Origin: Acidimicrobiia bacterium
Lineage (GTDB): Bacteria > Actinomycetota > Acidimicrobiia > Acidimicrobiales > JANYDT01
Length of the DNA stretch: 64,000 nt
Assembly: GCA_031368215.1 (NCBI GenBank)
Contig: JANLRD010000171.1
Span: forward strand, 13,933 to 77,932
Reading direction: 5' to 3'
How positions within the stretch are numbered: position 1 is the first letter of the stretch; each line of letters opens with the position of its first letter. The notes beneath the pieces were generated by a model. That model saw only the letters and a list, made by a program, of their open reading frames with translations, had not been told where the DNA came from and ran no database searches. The position numbers and the translations under genes were made by a program. Positions 1 through 8,452 of the stretch are shown here, one piece after another.

Positions 1-1090
1 CGCACAGACCGGCGATCGGCCGGTCGAGGGGTGCGCCGAGCGTTGCCGCGATCGCTTCAGCGACCTGATCGGAGTGCAGCGTCGGCTCGAGGGGTACGAA
101 CCAGACACCGTGTGTCCGCTTCATCCGGCTGGCGAGTTCGACGGCAAAATGCGTCTTGCCGACTCCCGCCGGTCCGGTGACGGTCACGAGTTGGTGGCGA
201 GCCAACATCGTCTGGACCGCTTCTCCGTCAGCATCTCGGTGGACCAGACGCGAGGTCGGCTGGTACACGTTCCCGAAGGTCGCAACCGAGGCAGGGTCCT
301 CCACAGTTGGCAGCATCGAAATCGGACTGCTCCCGAGGAGCGATGAGTCCTGACGGAGCACACCGGCTTCGAGTTCCTGCAGACGCGGGCCCGGATCCAC
401 GCCCAACTCGTCCACCAGCCGACCGCGGATGCGGCGGTAGGCGCCAAGCGCGTCTGCCTGTCGGCCCAACGCGGCATAGGCCCGCATCAGCAGTTCATAC
501 AGCGGTTCGCGCAACGGATGCTGTGCAGCGAGTTCTTCGAGCTCGGGCAGATGCTCGAGGACGTGGCCTGCGGTCAGCTCGAGCCGCAGCACGTCCTCCG
601 TCGCACCGAGGCGGAGCTCGTCCCAACGCGCCGCCGCGCCAAGCGTGAAGGGCGCGTCACCGAGGCCGCCGAAGGGGGATCCGCGCCATCGGCTGAGCGC
701 GTCGGCGAAGACCTTCGCCGCCCCTCGCTGGTCGACGTCGGAGGTTCGGCGGGCGGCGGCGATGAGCCCCTCGACGGCCAACGCGTCGACGCCGGCCGGA
801 TCGATGTCCAGGACGTAACCCGGGCGTGTGGCACGAACGGCATCGCGGCCAAGCACCTGCCGAAGTTGGGACACTCGCACTTGCAGAGCGTTGAGCGCGT
901 TCGCCGGAGCCGCGGCGCCCCAGACGTCGTCGATGAGCTGATCCACGGCAACGACGCTTCCAGCGTCCAGCGCGAGGCGTGCGAGGACCGCTCGCGTCCG
1001 CACTCCCGGTACATCGACAGCGTTTCCGCGAACCCGGACTTCGAGCGGGCCAAGAAGGTTCACCTCGATCAGCTGAGGTGCAATCTCCAC
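1..1090 (-). CDS. SARP/AfsR-family transcriptional regulator, N-terminal part (winged-helix DNA-binding + BTAD + start of NB-ARC ATPase). The gene runs off the window start.
   Basis: My own minus-strand translation from the GTG at 1088-1090 gives VEIAPQLIEVNLLGPLEVRVRGNAVDVPGVRTRAVLARLAL..., then BTAD-like LREPLYELLMRAYAALGRQADALGAYRRIRGRLVDELGVDPGPRLQELE, then Walker A GPAGVGKT. It is absent from the ORF track because it is open at the window edge. Confidence 0.8.
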   Translation of the reverse strand, partial: MEIAPQLIEVNLLGPLEVRVRGNAVDVPGVRTRAVLARLALDAGSVVAVDQLIDDVWGAAAPANALNALQVRVSQLRQVLGRDAVRATRPGYVLDIDPAGVDALAVEGLIAAARRTSDVDQRGAAKVFADALSRWRGSPFGGLGDAPFTLGAAARWDELRLGATEDVLRLELTAGHVLEHLPELEELAAQHPLREPLYELLMRAYAALGRQADALGAYRRIRGRLVDELGVDPGPRLQELEAGVLRQDSSLLGSSPISMLPTVEDPASVATFGNVYQPTSRLVHRDADGEAVQTMLARHQLVTVTGPAGVGKTHFAVELASRMKRTHGVWFVPLEPTLHSDQVAEAIAATLGAPLDRPIAGLC

Positions 1091-1141
1091 CCGTCAGACC
1101 CTAGTCAGGGGATCGTCAGTATCGATCGTCAGGATGCGTCC

Positions 1142-1468
1142 ATGTCCGATCAGCCCCTTCTCGTCGCCGCGGCGATCGCTCGCCTCGTCGGCGAAGACCC
1201 GTTGGCTCCGGTCATCCTTGCCGCGGCCGTCGCGGACTATCCGGGCTCATTCGATGCCACCGCAGCATTGGCCCTTGTCAGCGAGGAGTTCGACGATGTC
1301 GTTGCAGTGGCTCGACGTTTGGCGACGGGGCGGCGTCAACGCCAACACGTGGCAATCATCGAATGCTCGCTGCGTCGGGAAGTCGATCGTGCACACCTTC
1401 TGTCTCGCGAGCATCTCGCCGAGTTCCCCGACGACGTGATCGTGAGCTGGCTCGCCGCGAAGCGATGA
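1142..1468 (+). CDS. Hypothetical small protein (108 aa)
   Basis: Internal ATG of track ORF 518..1468; the upstream part of that ORF is antisense to the SARP gene. Codon third positions are GC-rich. I recognise no domain. Confidence 0.35.
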   Translation: MSDQPLLVAAAIARLVGEDPLAPVILAAAVADYPGSFDATAALALVSEEFDDVVAVARRLATGRRQRQHVAIIECSLRREVDRAHLLSREHLAEFPDDVIVSWLAAKR

Positions 1469-1525
1469 CCTTGCTGGCCGGTCACTCGCCGAGCGGGCGG
1501 CGGGGCGCACCGGCCCCGCCGTCGG

Positions 1526-2128
1526 TCAACCCGCCATCAGGGACTGGATCTCTGCATGGTGCTCGAGGCGACGAAGCGCACGACGAACCCGGGACTTGGC
1601 GGTACCTTCCGGTGTACCAGTGGCGACGGCGACCTCGCGGAGGGTGTGCCCTCGGAAGTACGCGAGCTCGATGGCGGCGAACTCGGCCGGTGGAAGCGTC
1701 TGGAGTGCGGTTCGCAACGATTCGTTGGTCCGCGTGCTCGTCTCGCTCGCAACGAGTGCTTCGGCGAAGTCCGGCACGACCGTCTCGCATCCCACCGTCT
1801 GCCAACCGCTCGCCGCTCGCACCTGACGTCGGCGGCGGCTCTCTTCCTGGCGCACGTGGTCGACGGCTCGGCGTCGCGCCAAGGTCACCAGGAAGGGGCG
1901 GAGGCCCCCTCGCGCATGATCGACGATCGCCGCGTTGCGCCAGAGGTGCACGAAGACCTCCTGTGTGACATCCTCTGCCGCTTGTGGATCGATCACGATT
2001 CGACGTGCAGCGGCGAAGACGAGGTTCGCGTAGCGCTCGTACGCCGCGGCCAGAGCGCTTTCATCATTTCGGCAGAGGCGCTCGGTGAGGCTCGGGTCGT
2101 CTTCGGCAAACGTCACGGCGGAGGTCAT
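1526..2128 (-). CDS. ECF-type RNA polymerase sigma-70 family factor
   Basis: Region 2 (AAYERYANLVFAAARRIV...AEDVTQEVFVHLW) and region 4 (LPPAEFAAIELAYFRGHTLREVAVATGTPEGTAKSRVRRALRRL). Start set at the internal Met MTSAVTF, giving about 200 aa. Confidence 0.85.
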   Translation of the reverse strand: MTSAVTFAEDDPSLTERLCRNDESALAAAYERYANLVFAAARRIVIDPQAAEDVTQEVFVHLWRNAAIVDHARGGLRPFLVTLARRRAVDHVRQEESRRRRQVRAASGWQTVGCETVVPDFAEALVASETSTRTNESLRTALQTLPPAEFAAIELAYFRGHTLREVAVATGTPEGTAKSRVRRALRRLEHHAEIQSLMAG

Positions 2129-2361
2129 GACTCCACCGTGCCGACGGGCGTTGACAGACGACTGTCGGGTGACTGTCCGATTGCTGACGGCCACACCTGA
2201 AGGTGTTCAGGGACGGTTCAGCACCGGACCAAGGTCGTCGGAGACGGAGTGGAGTCATGACCGCGCGAACAGGTGCGCGTGGGAGTCATGACCACTGGAG
2301 ACGCACCGACCGGTGATCGTGCGTTCGAAGGCTGCATCGGTTCGGACGTCCGGGTACCGAT

Positions 2362-4047
2362 TCACAAGGCTCGACTCGCCGACCGGGCGAGTCGATCGGC
2401 CATTGTGTCGAGCAACGCACTCGGCGCGGCAGCCAACGTCCCCAGAGCACCAAGAAAGGTCTCACCGGGAATGCGCCAGACGAGCGCTTGGGAAGTCGCA
2501 ACCACGGTCGCCGTGCGGGGACTGCGCTCGAGCAACCCGATCTCGCCGAACCAATCGCCGCTCGACATGTTGTTGATCTGACGATCGGCATCGAAGACGG
2601 CGAAGTCGCCTTCCTGGACGACGAAGACGTCGTCGGCCGGCTCGCCTTGGCGGAGCACAACCGCTCCGGCCGGCACGCGTTCGACGATCACGGACGCGGC
2701 GAGCCGTTCGAGGGCCGAGGGGGAGGCGTCAGCGAACACCCCCAGAACGCCGAGCTTCTGGACAATCGGCTGGAGTTCTCTCCGCCTGGCGTTCGTCGAA
2801 CGCGAGAGGGCAACGAGCTGAGGAATCGACACCAGACCGACAAGCATCACGAGCACGGCGATGGCGACGAGGCTTCCTCGCAGGCCGACGAGGGCGACCA
2901 GTGCGGGTGCGAGCAGCGCACCGAACAGCTTGCCGGCGTTCGATGCCGCACCCACCACGCCGAAGATCCGGCCGAGCATCTCCCGGCGGCTGAGCCGTTG
3001 CAACAGAATCAGCGAAAGCACTTCGAACCCGACGATCCCTGCACCGGTGACCACCAAGGCGACTCCGGCCACCACGGGTGACCCCAGGACAGCGAGGAGA
3101 GCGAGCGGTAGGGCCGTGCTCAGGAGGGTCGCCATCACGACCTCGGTGAGCCGCTCGGCCTCCGCGAACCTTGCCGCTGCTGGAAGCGCACACACCGCCC
3201 CCAGGCCGACTGCGCCGGTCAGCACGCCGACTCCCGTTGTTCCGAGCCCCAGCAGCTCTTCGGCGACGAGAACGTAGAGGACGAGTTCCGCTCCCCGAAC
3301 CGCATACATGACGAAGACCAGACGCATCACGACACTCAGGCCCGCATTTGCCCGCACCGCTCTCCAACCCTCACCGAGCTGATCGAGCCAGCTTGCCCGA
3401 TGGCTCTTCAGCGTCTCGGTCGACGCAACACGTGGCTCCGAGAGGCGCGGAACGAACAGGAGGACGAACGCGGAGAGCGCAAAGCAGACACCGTTGACTG
3501 CGAACGCAGTGGCCGGTGATGCGAATCGGAGCATGAACGCACCGAGGAGCGGTCCGATGAAGGTCATCAGCTGGCGGACCGAACCGACCAGCGCGCTGGC
3601 CGAAGACAGCGAGTCTTCACCAGCCACCGCGGGGAGTGCGGCCGATAGGGCCGGGCGGGCGGGTGCCGCGACGGTGTAGGTCGCGAGGACGAGCCCGAAC
3701 GCAATGGCGAGCCCTGCCCGTTGCTCCGCGGCCACAGCCAACAACAACATCAACACAGCACGCGTCAGGTCCAACGAGATCAGGAGGCGTCGGCGGTCCA
3801 TCCGATCGGCGAGAAGCCCCGCCGGTGCGCTGATCAGCGCCCGCGGGCCGAGACGCACGATCGCCGCGAGCGCGAATCCCCCCGCACCGACGCCACGATC
3901 GAACAGCAGGACGAGGAGCCCGACCCAAAAGATCCCGTCACCGATGCCCGAGACCGCTTCGGCGCAGACAACCCTGCGGACTCCAGCTGCGTGCCGACTC
4001 CGCCTCCCCCCGTTCGCAAACATGTTCCTGCGGATCCTTGGCGTCAT
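2362..4047 (-). CDS. MFS transporter with C-terminal cyclic-nucleotide-binding (CAP_ED) domain
   Basis: Multi-TM N-terminal body followed by VLRQGEPADDVFVVQEGDFAVF...GDWFGEIGLLERSPRTATVVA. The track ORF extends to 4548, but that extension overlaps the divergent gene at 4265, so the start is set at MTPRIRRNMF (4047). Confidence 0.8.
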   Translation of the reverse strand: MTPRIRRNMFANGGRRSRHAAGVRRVVCAEAVSGIGDGIFWVGLLVLLFDRGVGAGGFALAAIVRLGPRALISAPAGLLADRMDRRRLLISLDLTRAVLMLLLAVAAEQRAGLAIAFGLVLATYTVAAPARPALSAALPAVAGEDSLSSASALVGSVRQLMTFIGPLLGAFMLRFASPATAFAVNGVCFALSAFVLLFVPRLSEPRVASTETLKSHRASWLDQLGEGWRAVRANAGLSVVMRLVFVMYAVRGAELVLYVLVAEELLGLGTTGVGVLTGAVGLGAVCALPAAARFAEAERLTEVVMATLLSTALPLALLAVLGSPVVAGVALVVTGAGIVGFEVLSLILLQRLSRREMLGRIFGVVGAASNAGKLFGALLAPALVALVGLRGSLVAIAVLVMLVGLVSIPQLVALSRSTNARRRELQPIVQKLGVLGVFADASPSALERLAASVIVERVPAGAVVLRQGEPADDVFVVQEGDFAVFDADRQINNMSSGDWFGEIGLLERSPRTATVVATSQALVWRIPGETFLGALGTLAAAPSALLDTMADRLARSASRAL

Positions 4048-4264
4048 CACGGCTGTTGAAGAACGTTCGAAGGATAGCGAGCGGACAACGATCTTCTTCG
4101 AGAGATCGACTCGAAACGCACAACGACTTCTGGAGTTCATCTCTCGTTCAACAAACGTCAAGGAACGGGCGGGGAACGCTCGGTTCGCTGGTGGCGATCC
4201 GACCTGAGTGGCGGTTCCGAAGACCGCGGGCGGTTCTGGCTGACGTTGCTGTTCTCGCGAACGG

Positions 4265-5401
4265 GTGAGTACGGTCGAACACGTGATATCCGACTCATTG
4301 GACCTGACCACCGCCCAGTTTGCTGCCGGCACCGGTTGGGACATCCAACCGCAAGGTGCCTGCAAGGCGGGGGTGTGCGTTTCGCTCGAGGCCGGCGCGC
4401 CGTTCAGCGCGCATGCGGCAGCAGCTCGGCTCGGCATGGCGGTCATCCATGATGAACAGGCCGGCATCTGGGCCATCGGACCAGAGTCGTTCAACCAACA
4501 CGCGCTTACGAGTGCCGAGGCGCCAGAGCTGGTCCTCGACGACATCAACGGCCACGAGTTCCGCCTCTCCTCACTTCGAGGTCAGAAGGTGGTGCTCGTC
4601 GCCTGGTCGCCGTATTGAGGCTGTGCCTTCGACCTGCCCGGGTGGCAGGCACTGCGCAGCGAGCTTCACGCCGACGGCCTTGAGGTCGTGACGGTCTCGT
4701 TGGAGATGTCGGGCCCGGAGGCCAGCCGCTCGTACATCGACGCAGCCGCGCCTGAGCACCCTTCGCTGCTCGATCCCGGCCACACCGTCGATGCCCTCTT
4801 CGGAGTCGTGAACATTCCCAACGTTGTCTGGATCGACGAGCGGGGCATGATCGTACGCCCCGCCGAAGCAGGGTGGCCCGGAGCACGACAGGAGTTTCCG
4901 GCCAACCTGAGGTCGTCCCTGCCGAAGGTGGGCCGCGCCAGGACCGCCCCGAGACGCGCCGAAGGAACGCCTGCTGCGAACGTGCTCATCGCCGGCCAGG
5001 ATCGTACGCTCTATGCCGATGCGATCCGCGACTGGGTCGCGAAAGGTGCTGACAGCGTCTATGCGCTCACCCCCGACGAAGTAGTCGCCCGGTCACAACC
5101 GCGGTCGATCACCGAATCGGAAGGGGCTGCCCACTTCGAGCTCGCCAACCACCTGTGGGCGGCCGGGAAACGAGACCTGGCGATCGCCCACTTCAACGAG
5201 TGCCATCGTCTCCAGCCCGACAACTGGACGTACAAACGTCAGGCATGGTCGGCGGTGAGCAACGAACGCGTCGGCGGGGAGTTTGGCCGGTTCGTGCAAG
5301 GCCCGCTCGAAGGCGAGGAAGACGACTGGCCATTCGCATCGGACTTCCGCTCGGACGTCGCCATGGTCGCAGAGGGCGGCTACTACCCCGCCACCATGTA
5401 A
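4265..5401 (+). CDS. Thioredoxin-fold (TlpA/ResA-like) protein with in-frame UGA at 4616-4618: candidate selenoprotein (otherwise a split gene or pseudogene)
   Basis: Track ORFs 4265..4618 and 4688..5401 are in the same frame (4688-4265=423). The only stop between them is TGA, in ...VVLVAWSPY-U-GCAFDLPGWQALRSELHADGLEVVTVSLEM... A hairpin lies 15 nt downstream of the TGA. Confidence 0.55.
4633..4649 (+). other. SECIS-like stem-loop downstream of the in-frame UGA
   Basis: CCTGCC (4633-4638) pairs perfectly with GGCAGG (4644-4649); the loop is CGGGT, containing GGU. The stem starts 15 nt after the TGA. No folding energy was computed. Confidence 0.45.
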
Positions 5402-5515
5402 GGACGCCCGCCCGTGCTGCGAAGTTGTTCGCTCGGTCGCTCCCCGGGCGACTCGGATACCAACAACCTCACGGGTGTCTCGGCGTAACGTTCAGCGGGT
5501 CGGCCTTGACGTCGA

Positions 5516-6244
5516 ATGGGGAAGAACATGATCGAGCTACAGCGCGAAGGCCACGTGTTCGTCCTCACTATGGACGACGGCGAGAACCGTTGGAACACGA
5601 GTTTCGTGCGCGCCTTCGCCGCAGCGCTCGACGAGGTCGAGGCATCCGCAGGTCCTGCCGCGCTCGTGACGACGTCGAACAGCGAGAAGTTCTTTTCCAA
5701 CGGCCTCGACCTCGAGTGGGTGTCGTCCACCGGTGAACATCGGGGCGGTGATCGCTCGGTGTTCGGCGACGAGTTCATGTCGCTGATGGGCAGGATCATC
5801 ACGTTGCCGATCCCGACGGTCGCAGCCGTCAACGGTCACGCGTTCGGTGCGGGCTTCATGACCGCGTTGTGTCATGACGTCCGTATGATGCGTGCCGATC
5901 GCGGATTTCTCTGCGCCAACGAGATGCAGCTCGGCATGGTCATCCCCCGTCCCGAGCTTGCGCTCTTCCGCCACAAGCTCCCCGCACACGTCTTCTTCGA
6001 GACGGTGCAATTGGCGAGACGCTGGTCCGGACCCGATGCGCTTGCCGCTGGCATCGTCAGCGAAACGGCGAGCGCCGAGGAACTGCTCGGCGCCGCCCGG
6101 AAACGGGCGATGGAGTTAGCCCCGCTGGGTGCAAACCGGCGGGCGTTCGGCGCACAGAAGGAGAGCATCTTCGGTGAGAACGCGGCGCTCAACGAACCCC
6201 ATGGGGCGGCATTCATGCTCAAGTACGGAGCACGGTTCCACTAG
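5516..6244 (+). CDS. Enoyl-CoA hydratase/isomerase (crotonase) family protein
   Basis: GHVFVLTMDDGENRWN...FFSNGLDLEW...AAVNGHAFGAGFMTALCHDVRMM is the typical crotonase fold signature. Confidence 0.8.
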   Translation: MGKNMIELQREGHVFVLTMDDGENRWNTSFVRAFAAALDEVEASAGPAALVTTSNSEKFFSNGLDLEWVSSTGEHRGGDRSVFGDEFMSLMGRIITLPIPTVAAVNGHAFGAGFMTALCHDVRMMRADRGFLCANEMQLGMVIPRPELALFRHKLPAHVFFETVQLARRWSGPDALAAGIVSETASAEELLGAARKRAMELAPLGANRRAFGAQKESIFGENAALNEPHGAAFMLKYGARFH

Positions 6245-6330
6245 CCACTGATGGCCGGCGGCGCGTCGATGCCCACGTAAGCGGGGGAAGCGATTGGGGC
6301 GAGACCTGAAACAAGAAGGCCCTCTCGCTC

Positions 6331-6346
6331 TGTGATTACGATCACA
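6331..6346. promoter_or_regulatory. Perfect CRP/GlxR-type palindrome TGTGA-N6-TCACA
   Basis: tgtgattacgatcaca. The palindrome extends to cTGTGATtacgATCACAg (6330-6347). It is centred about 76 bp upstream of the 6415 start codon, in the 170-bp intergenic region. Confidence 0.6.
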
Positions 6347-6414
6347 GACATGCCGCCCCTGCGGTTCACGATGAAGGTCCGGGCGTTTCGTCAGGCTGAA
6401 AGGGAACAAAACCG

Positions 6415-7458
6415 ATGTTGCTCACCGCATGGCGGGACCTGCAGTTCCGACGCCGCAGGGTGGCCATCGCCGTCCTCGGCACAGCATTGGTGCTCTCACT
6501 CAGCCTGGTGATGACGGGAATCTCGGCGTCGTTTCGCAATGAGGTCCACAACACGCTCCGCTCCTTTGGGGCAGACGGATGGCTCCGACCGGTGACGGCG
6601 AACGGCGTGTTGATAGCGAGCGGTCCCTTCGAGGCCGCAACCGCTCCGACCGCAACACAACTCGGCGTCGACCGCGCCGATCCCGTGATGTTCCGCAATA
6701 CATCGGTCGGTCGCGGCGAGAAGGATCGGATTGCCTACTTCGGCGTTGTGCGAGGCGGGCTCGGGGACCCCAACCCGACGAGGGGAGCCAGACTGGCAAA
6801 GGACGGTGACGTCGTTCTCGACACGAAACTCGACCGCAAGGTCGGCGACTCCATCACCGTCGGGGGGAAACGATTCACCGTCGTCGGTCTCGTCCGAAGT
6901 CGGAGCATCCTCGCCGGGGTCCCGATCGCGTTCATGTCGATCGCGGATGCGCAGAGCCTGGCGTTCGGCGGTCGTCCGCTGGCCAACACGGTTGCACTAC
7001 GGGGGACGCCGAAGGCGGTGCCGAGCGGTTGGGCCGTGGACACCGAACGCGACGTCGAGACGGAAATGCTCCAGCCATTGAAGGAAGCGATAAAGACGAT
7101 CGACCTGGTACGCGGGCTCTTGTGGCTCGTCGCCGCGCTGATCGTCGGTTCCGTGATGTACCTGCAGTCACTGGAGCGTTCACGGGACTTCGCGGTTCTC
7201 AAGGCCACCGGTTCGTCAGCCGCTTCGATCGGCGGAAGCCTGGCTCTGCAAGCAATCTTCCTCATGTTGGTGGCATCCGTGCTCGGCATCGGGATCTCGA
7301 TGTTGCTGGCCCCGCAGTTCCCTATGAACGTCGACATACCACCGGCTTCCTTCGCCCTGCTTCCCCTGATTGCCATAGCAATCGGCCTCGTTGCGTCCGT
7401 CACCGGACTACGACGCTCTTTGAAGATCGAACCCGCCTTTGCCTTCCGGGGGGCGTGA
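6415..7458 (+). CDS. ABC transporter permease, FtsX/MacB-like (Rv2563-like)
   Basis: N-terminal TM helix, extracytoplasmic domain, and C-terminal FtsX-type 3-TM bundle (LLWLVAALIVGSVMYLQSLERSRDFAVLKATG...). Confidence 0.8.
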   Translation: MLLTAWRDLQFRRRRVAIAVLGTALVLSLSLVMTGISASFRNEVHNTLRSFGADGWLRPVTANGVLIASGPFEAATAPTATQLGVDRADPVMFRNTSVGRGEKDRIAYFGVVRGGLGDPNPTRGARLAKDGDVVLDTKLDRKVGDSITVGGKRFTVVGLVRSRSILAGVPIAFMSIADAQSLAFGGRPLANTVALRGTPKAVPSGWAVDTERDVETEMLQPLKEAIKTIDLVRGLLWLVAALIVGSVMYLQSLERSRDFAVLKATGSSAASIGGSLALQAIFLMLVASVLGIGISMLLAPQFPMNVDIPPASFALLPLIAIAIGLVASVTGLRRSLKIEPAFAFRGA

Positions 7459-7459
7459 G

Positions 7460-8449
7460 ATGAACGGCGCTTCTGCATCAGAGGGCCACGACGGTCTGCA
7501 GGTGAACGATCTTGTCGTCGAGTACCGGCGCGGCTCCCAGGCGATACGCCCGATCGACGGGCTCAGCTTCAATGCGGGGCCGGGCTCGATCACGTTGCTG
7601 ATCGGCCCGTCGGGCTGCGGAAAGACCAGCGTCCTTTCCTGTCTCGGTGCGATGCTCACACCGACTTCCGGTTCGATCCGCCTACGAGACGTTGACGTGG
7701 TTGGTGTTACGGGCAGGGGGCTCACGAACTATCGGCGCAACGATGTCGGTATCGTCTTCCAGGCATTCAACCTCCTGCCGTCACTCACGGCCGTGGAGAA
7801 CGTCCGGGTGGTCATGAGCGCGGCCGGAGTGAAGCGGCGCCGGGCTGACGAGCGAGCCACCGAGATCTTGACAACACTCGGACTCGGCGGACGTCTGCAT
7901 CATCGTCCCGATGACCTGTCCGGCGGCCAGCAGCAGCGGGTTGCAATCGCCCGTGCCCTGGCGCTCGATCCGAAGTTGCTCCTGGCCGACGAGCCGACCG
8001 CGCATCTCGATCACGGATCCGTGGCGAGCGTGCTGGATGTGTATCGCCGCCTCGCCGATGATGGTCGCATCGTCGTTGTTTCCACGCACGACGACCGAAT
8101 GCTTCCGGTCGCCACCAATGTCGTCGAGTTGGCGCCCCGTTCGCACACGACCGCGCAACCTGGCGTCGTCTCAGTGGCGAAGGGCGAGACGCTCTTCGCT
8201 CAGGGCGACCGTGGCGAGCTCGTCTACGTGATCGAGTCAGGGACGTTCGACGTTGTTCGGCGAGAACCCGACGGCGAGACGGTTGTGGTGGCTGACGTCG
8301 GTGCTGGCGACCACGTCGGCGAGATGGCCCCACTGTTCTCGCTTCCCCGGTCTGCCAGCGTCATCGCAACGAGCGACGCGGTCGTCGAGGGAATGCCGAT
8401 CGAGCAGTTTCGACGTCGCTTCGGCGTGCGGTCGCTCGCCGGTCGGTGA
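7460..8449 (+). CDS. ABC transporter ATP-binding protein with C-terminal cNMP-binding domain (Rv2564/GlnQ-like)
   Basis: Walker [10 protein letters not shown], signature [15 protein letters not shown], Walker B LLLADEPT. The C-terminal CAP_ED domain reads [20 protein letters not shown]...[17 protein letters not shown]. The track start at 7439 overlaps the permease, so the ATG at 7460, just after its stop, is preferred. Confidence 0.85.
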   Translation: MNGASASEGHDGLQVNDLVVEYRRGSQAIRPIDGLSFNAGPGSITLLIGPSGCGKTSVLSCLGAMLTPTSGSIRLRDVDVVGVTGRGLTNYRRNDVGIVFQAFNLLPSLTAVENVRVVMSAAGVKRRRADERATEILTTLGLGGRLHHRPDDLSGGQQQRVAIARALALDPKLLLADEPTAHLDHGSVASVLDVYRRLADDGRIVVVSTHDDRMLPVATNVVELAPRSHTTAQPGVVSVAKGETLFAQGDRGELVYVIESGTFDVVRREPDGETVVVADVGAGDHVGEMAPLFSLPRSASVIATSDAVVEGMPIEQFRRRFGVRSLAGR

Positions 8450-8452
8450 ATC

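Noticed and set aside
1247-1510. 87-aa minus-strand ORF downstream of the ECF sigma gene, considered as a candidate anti-sigma factor.
   Set aside because: It has no HxxxCxxC zinc-finger or TM segment and has an Arg-rich composition. It overlaps the more coding-like plus-strand ORF 1142-1468.
4048-4548. 5' extensions of track ORFs: 2362..4548, 13631..15229, 20697..22646, 41452..43059, 49039..50013, 61005..62687 and 25260..27002.
   Set aside because: The extensions overlap neighbouring genes or lack homology-like sequence. Internal starts give family-typical lengths and often form ATGA/GTGA coupling with the upstream stop.
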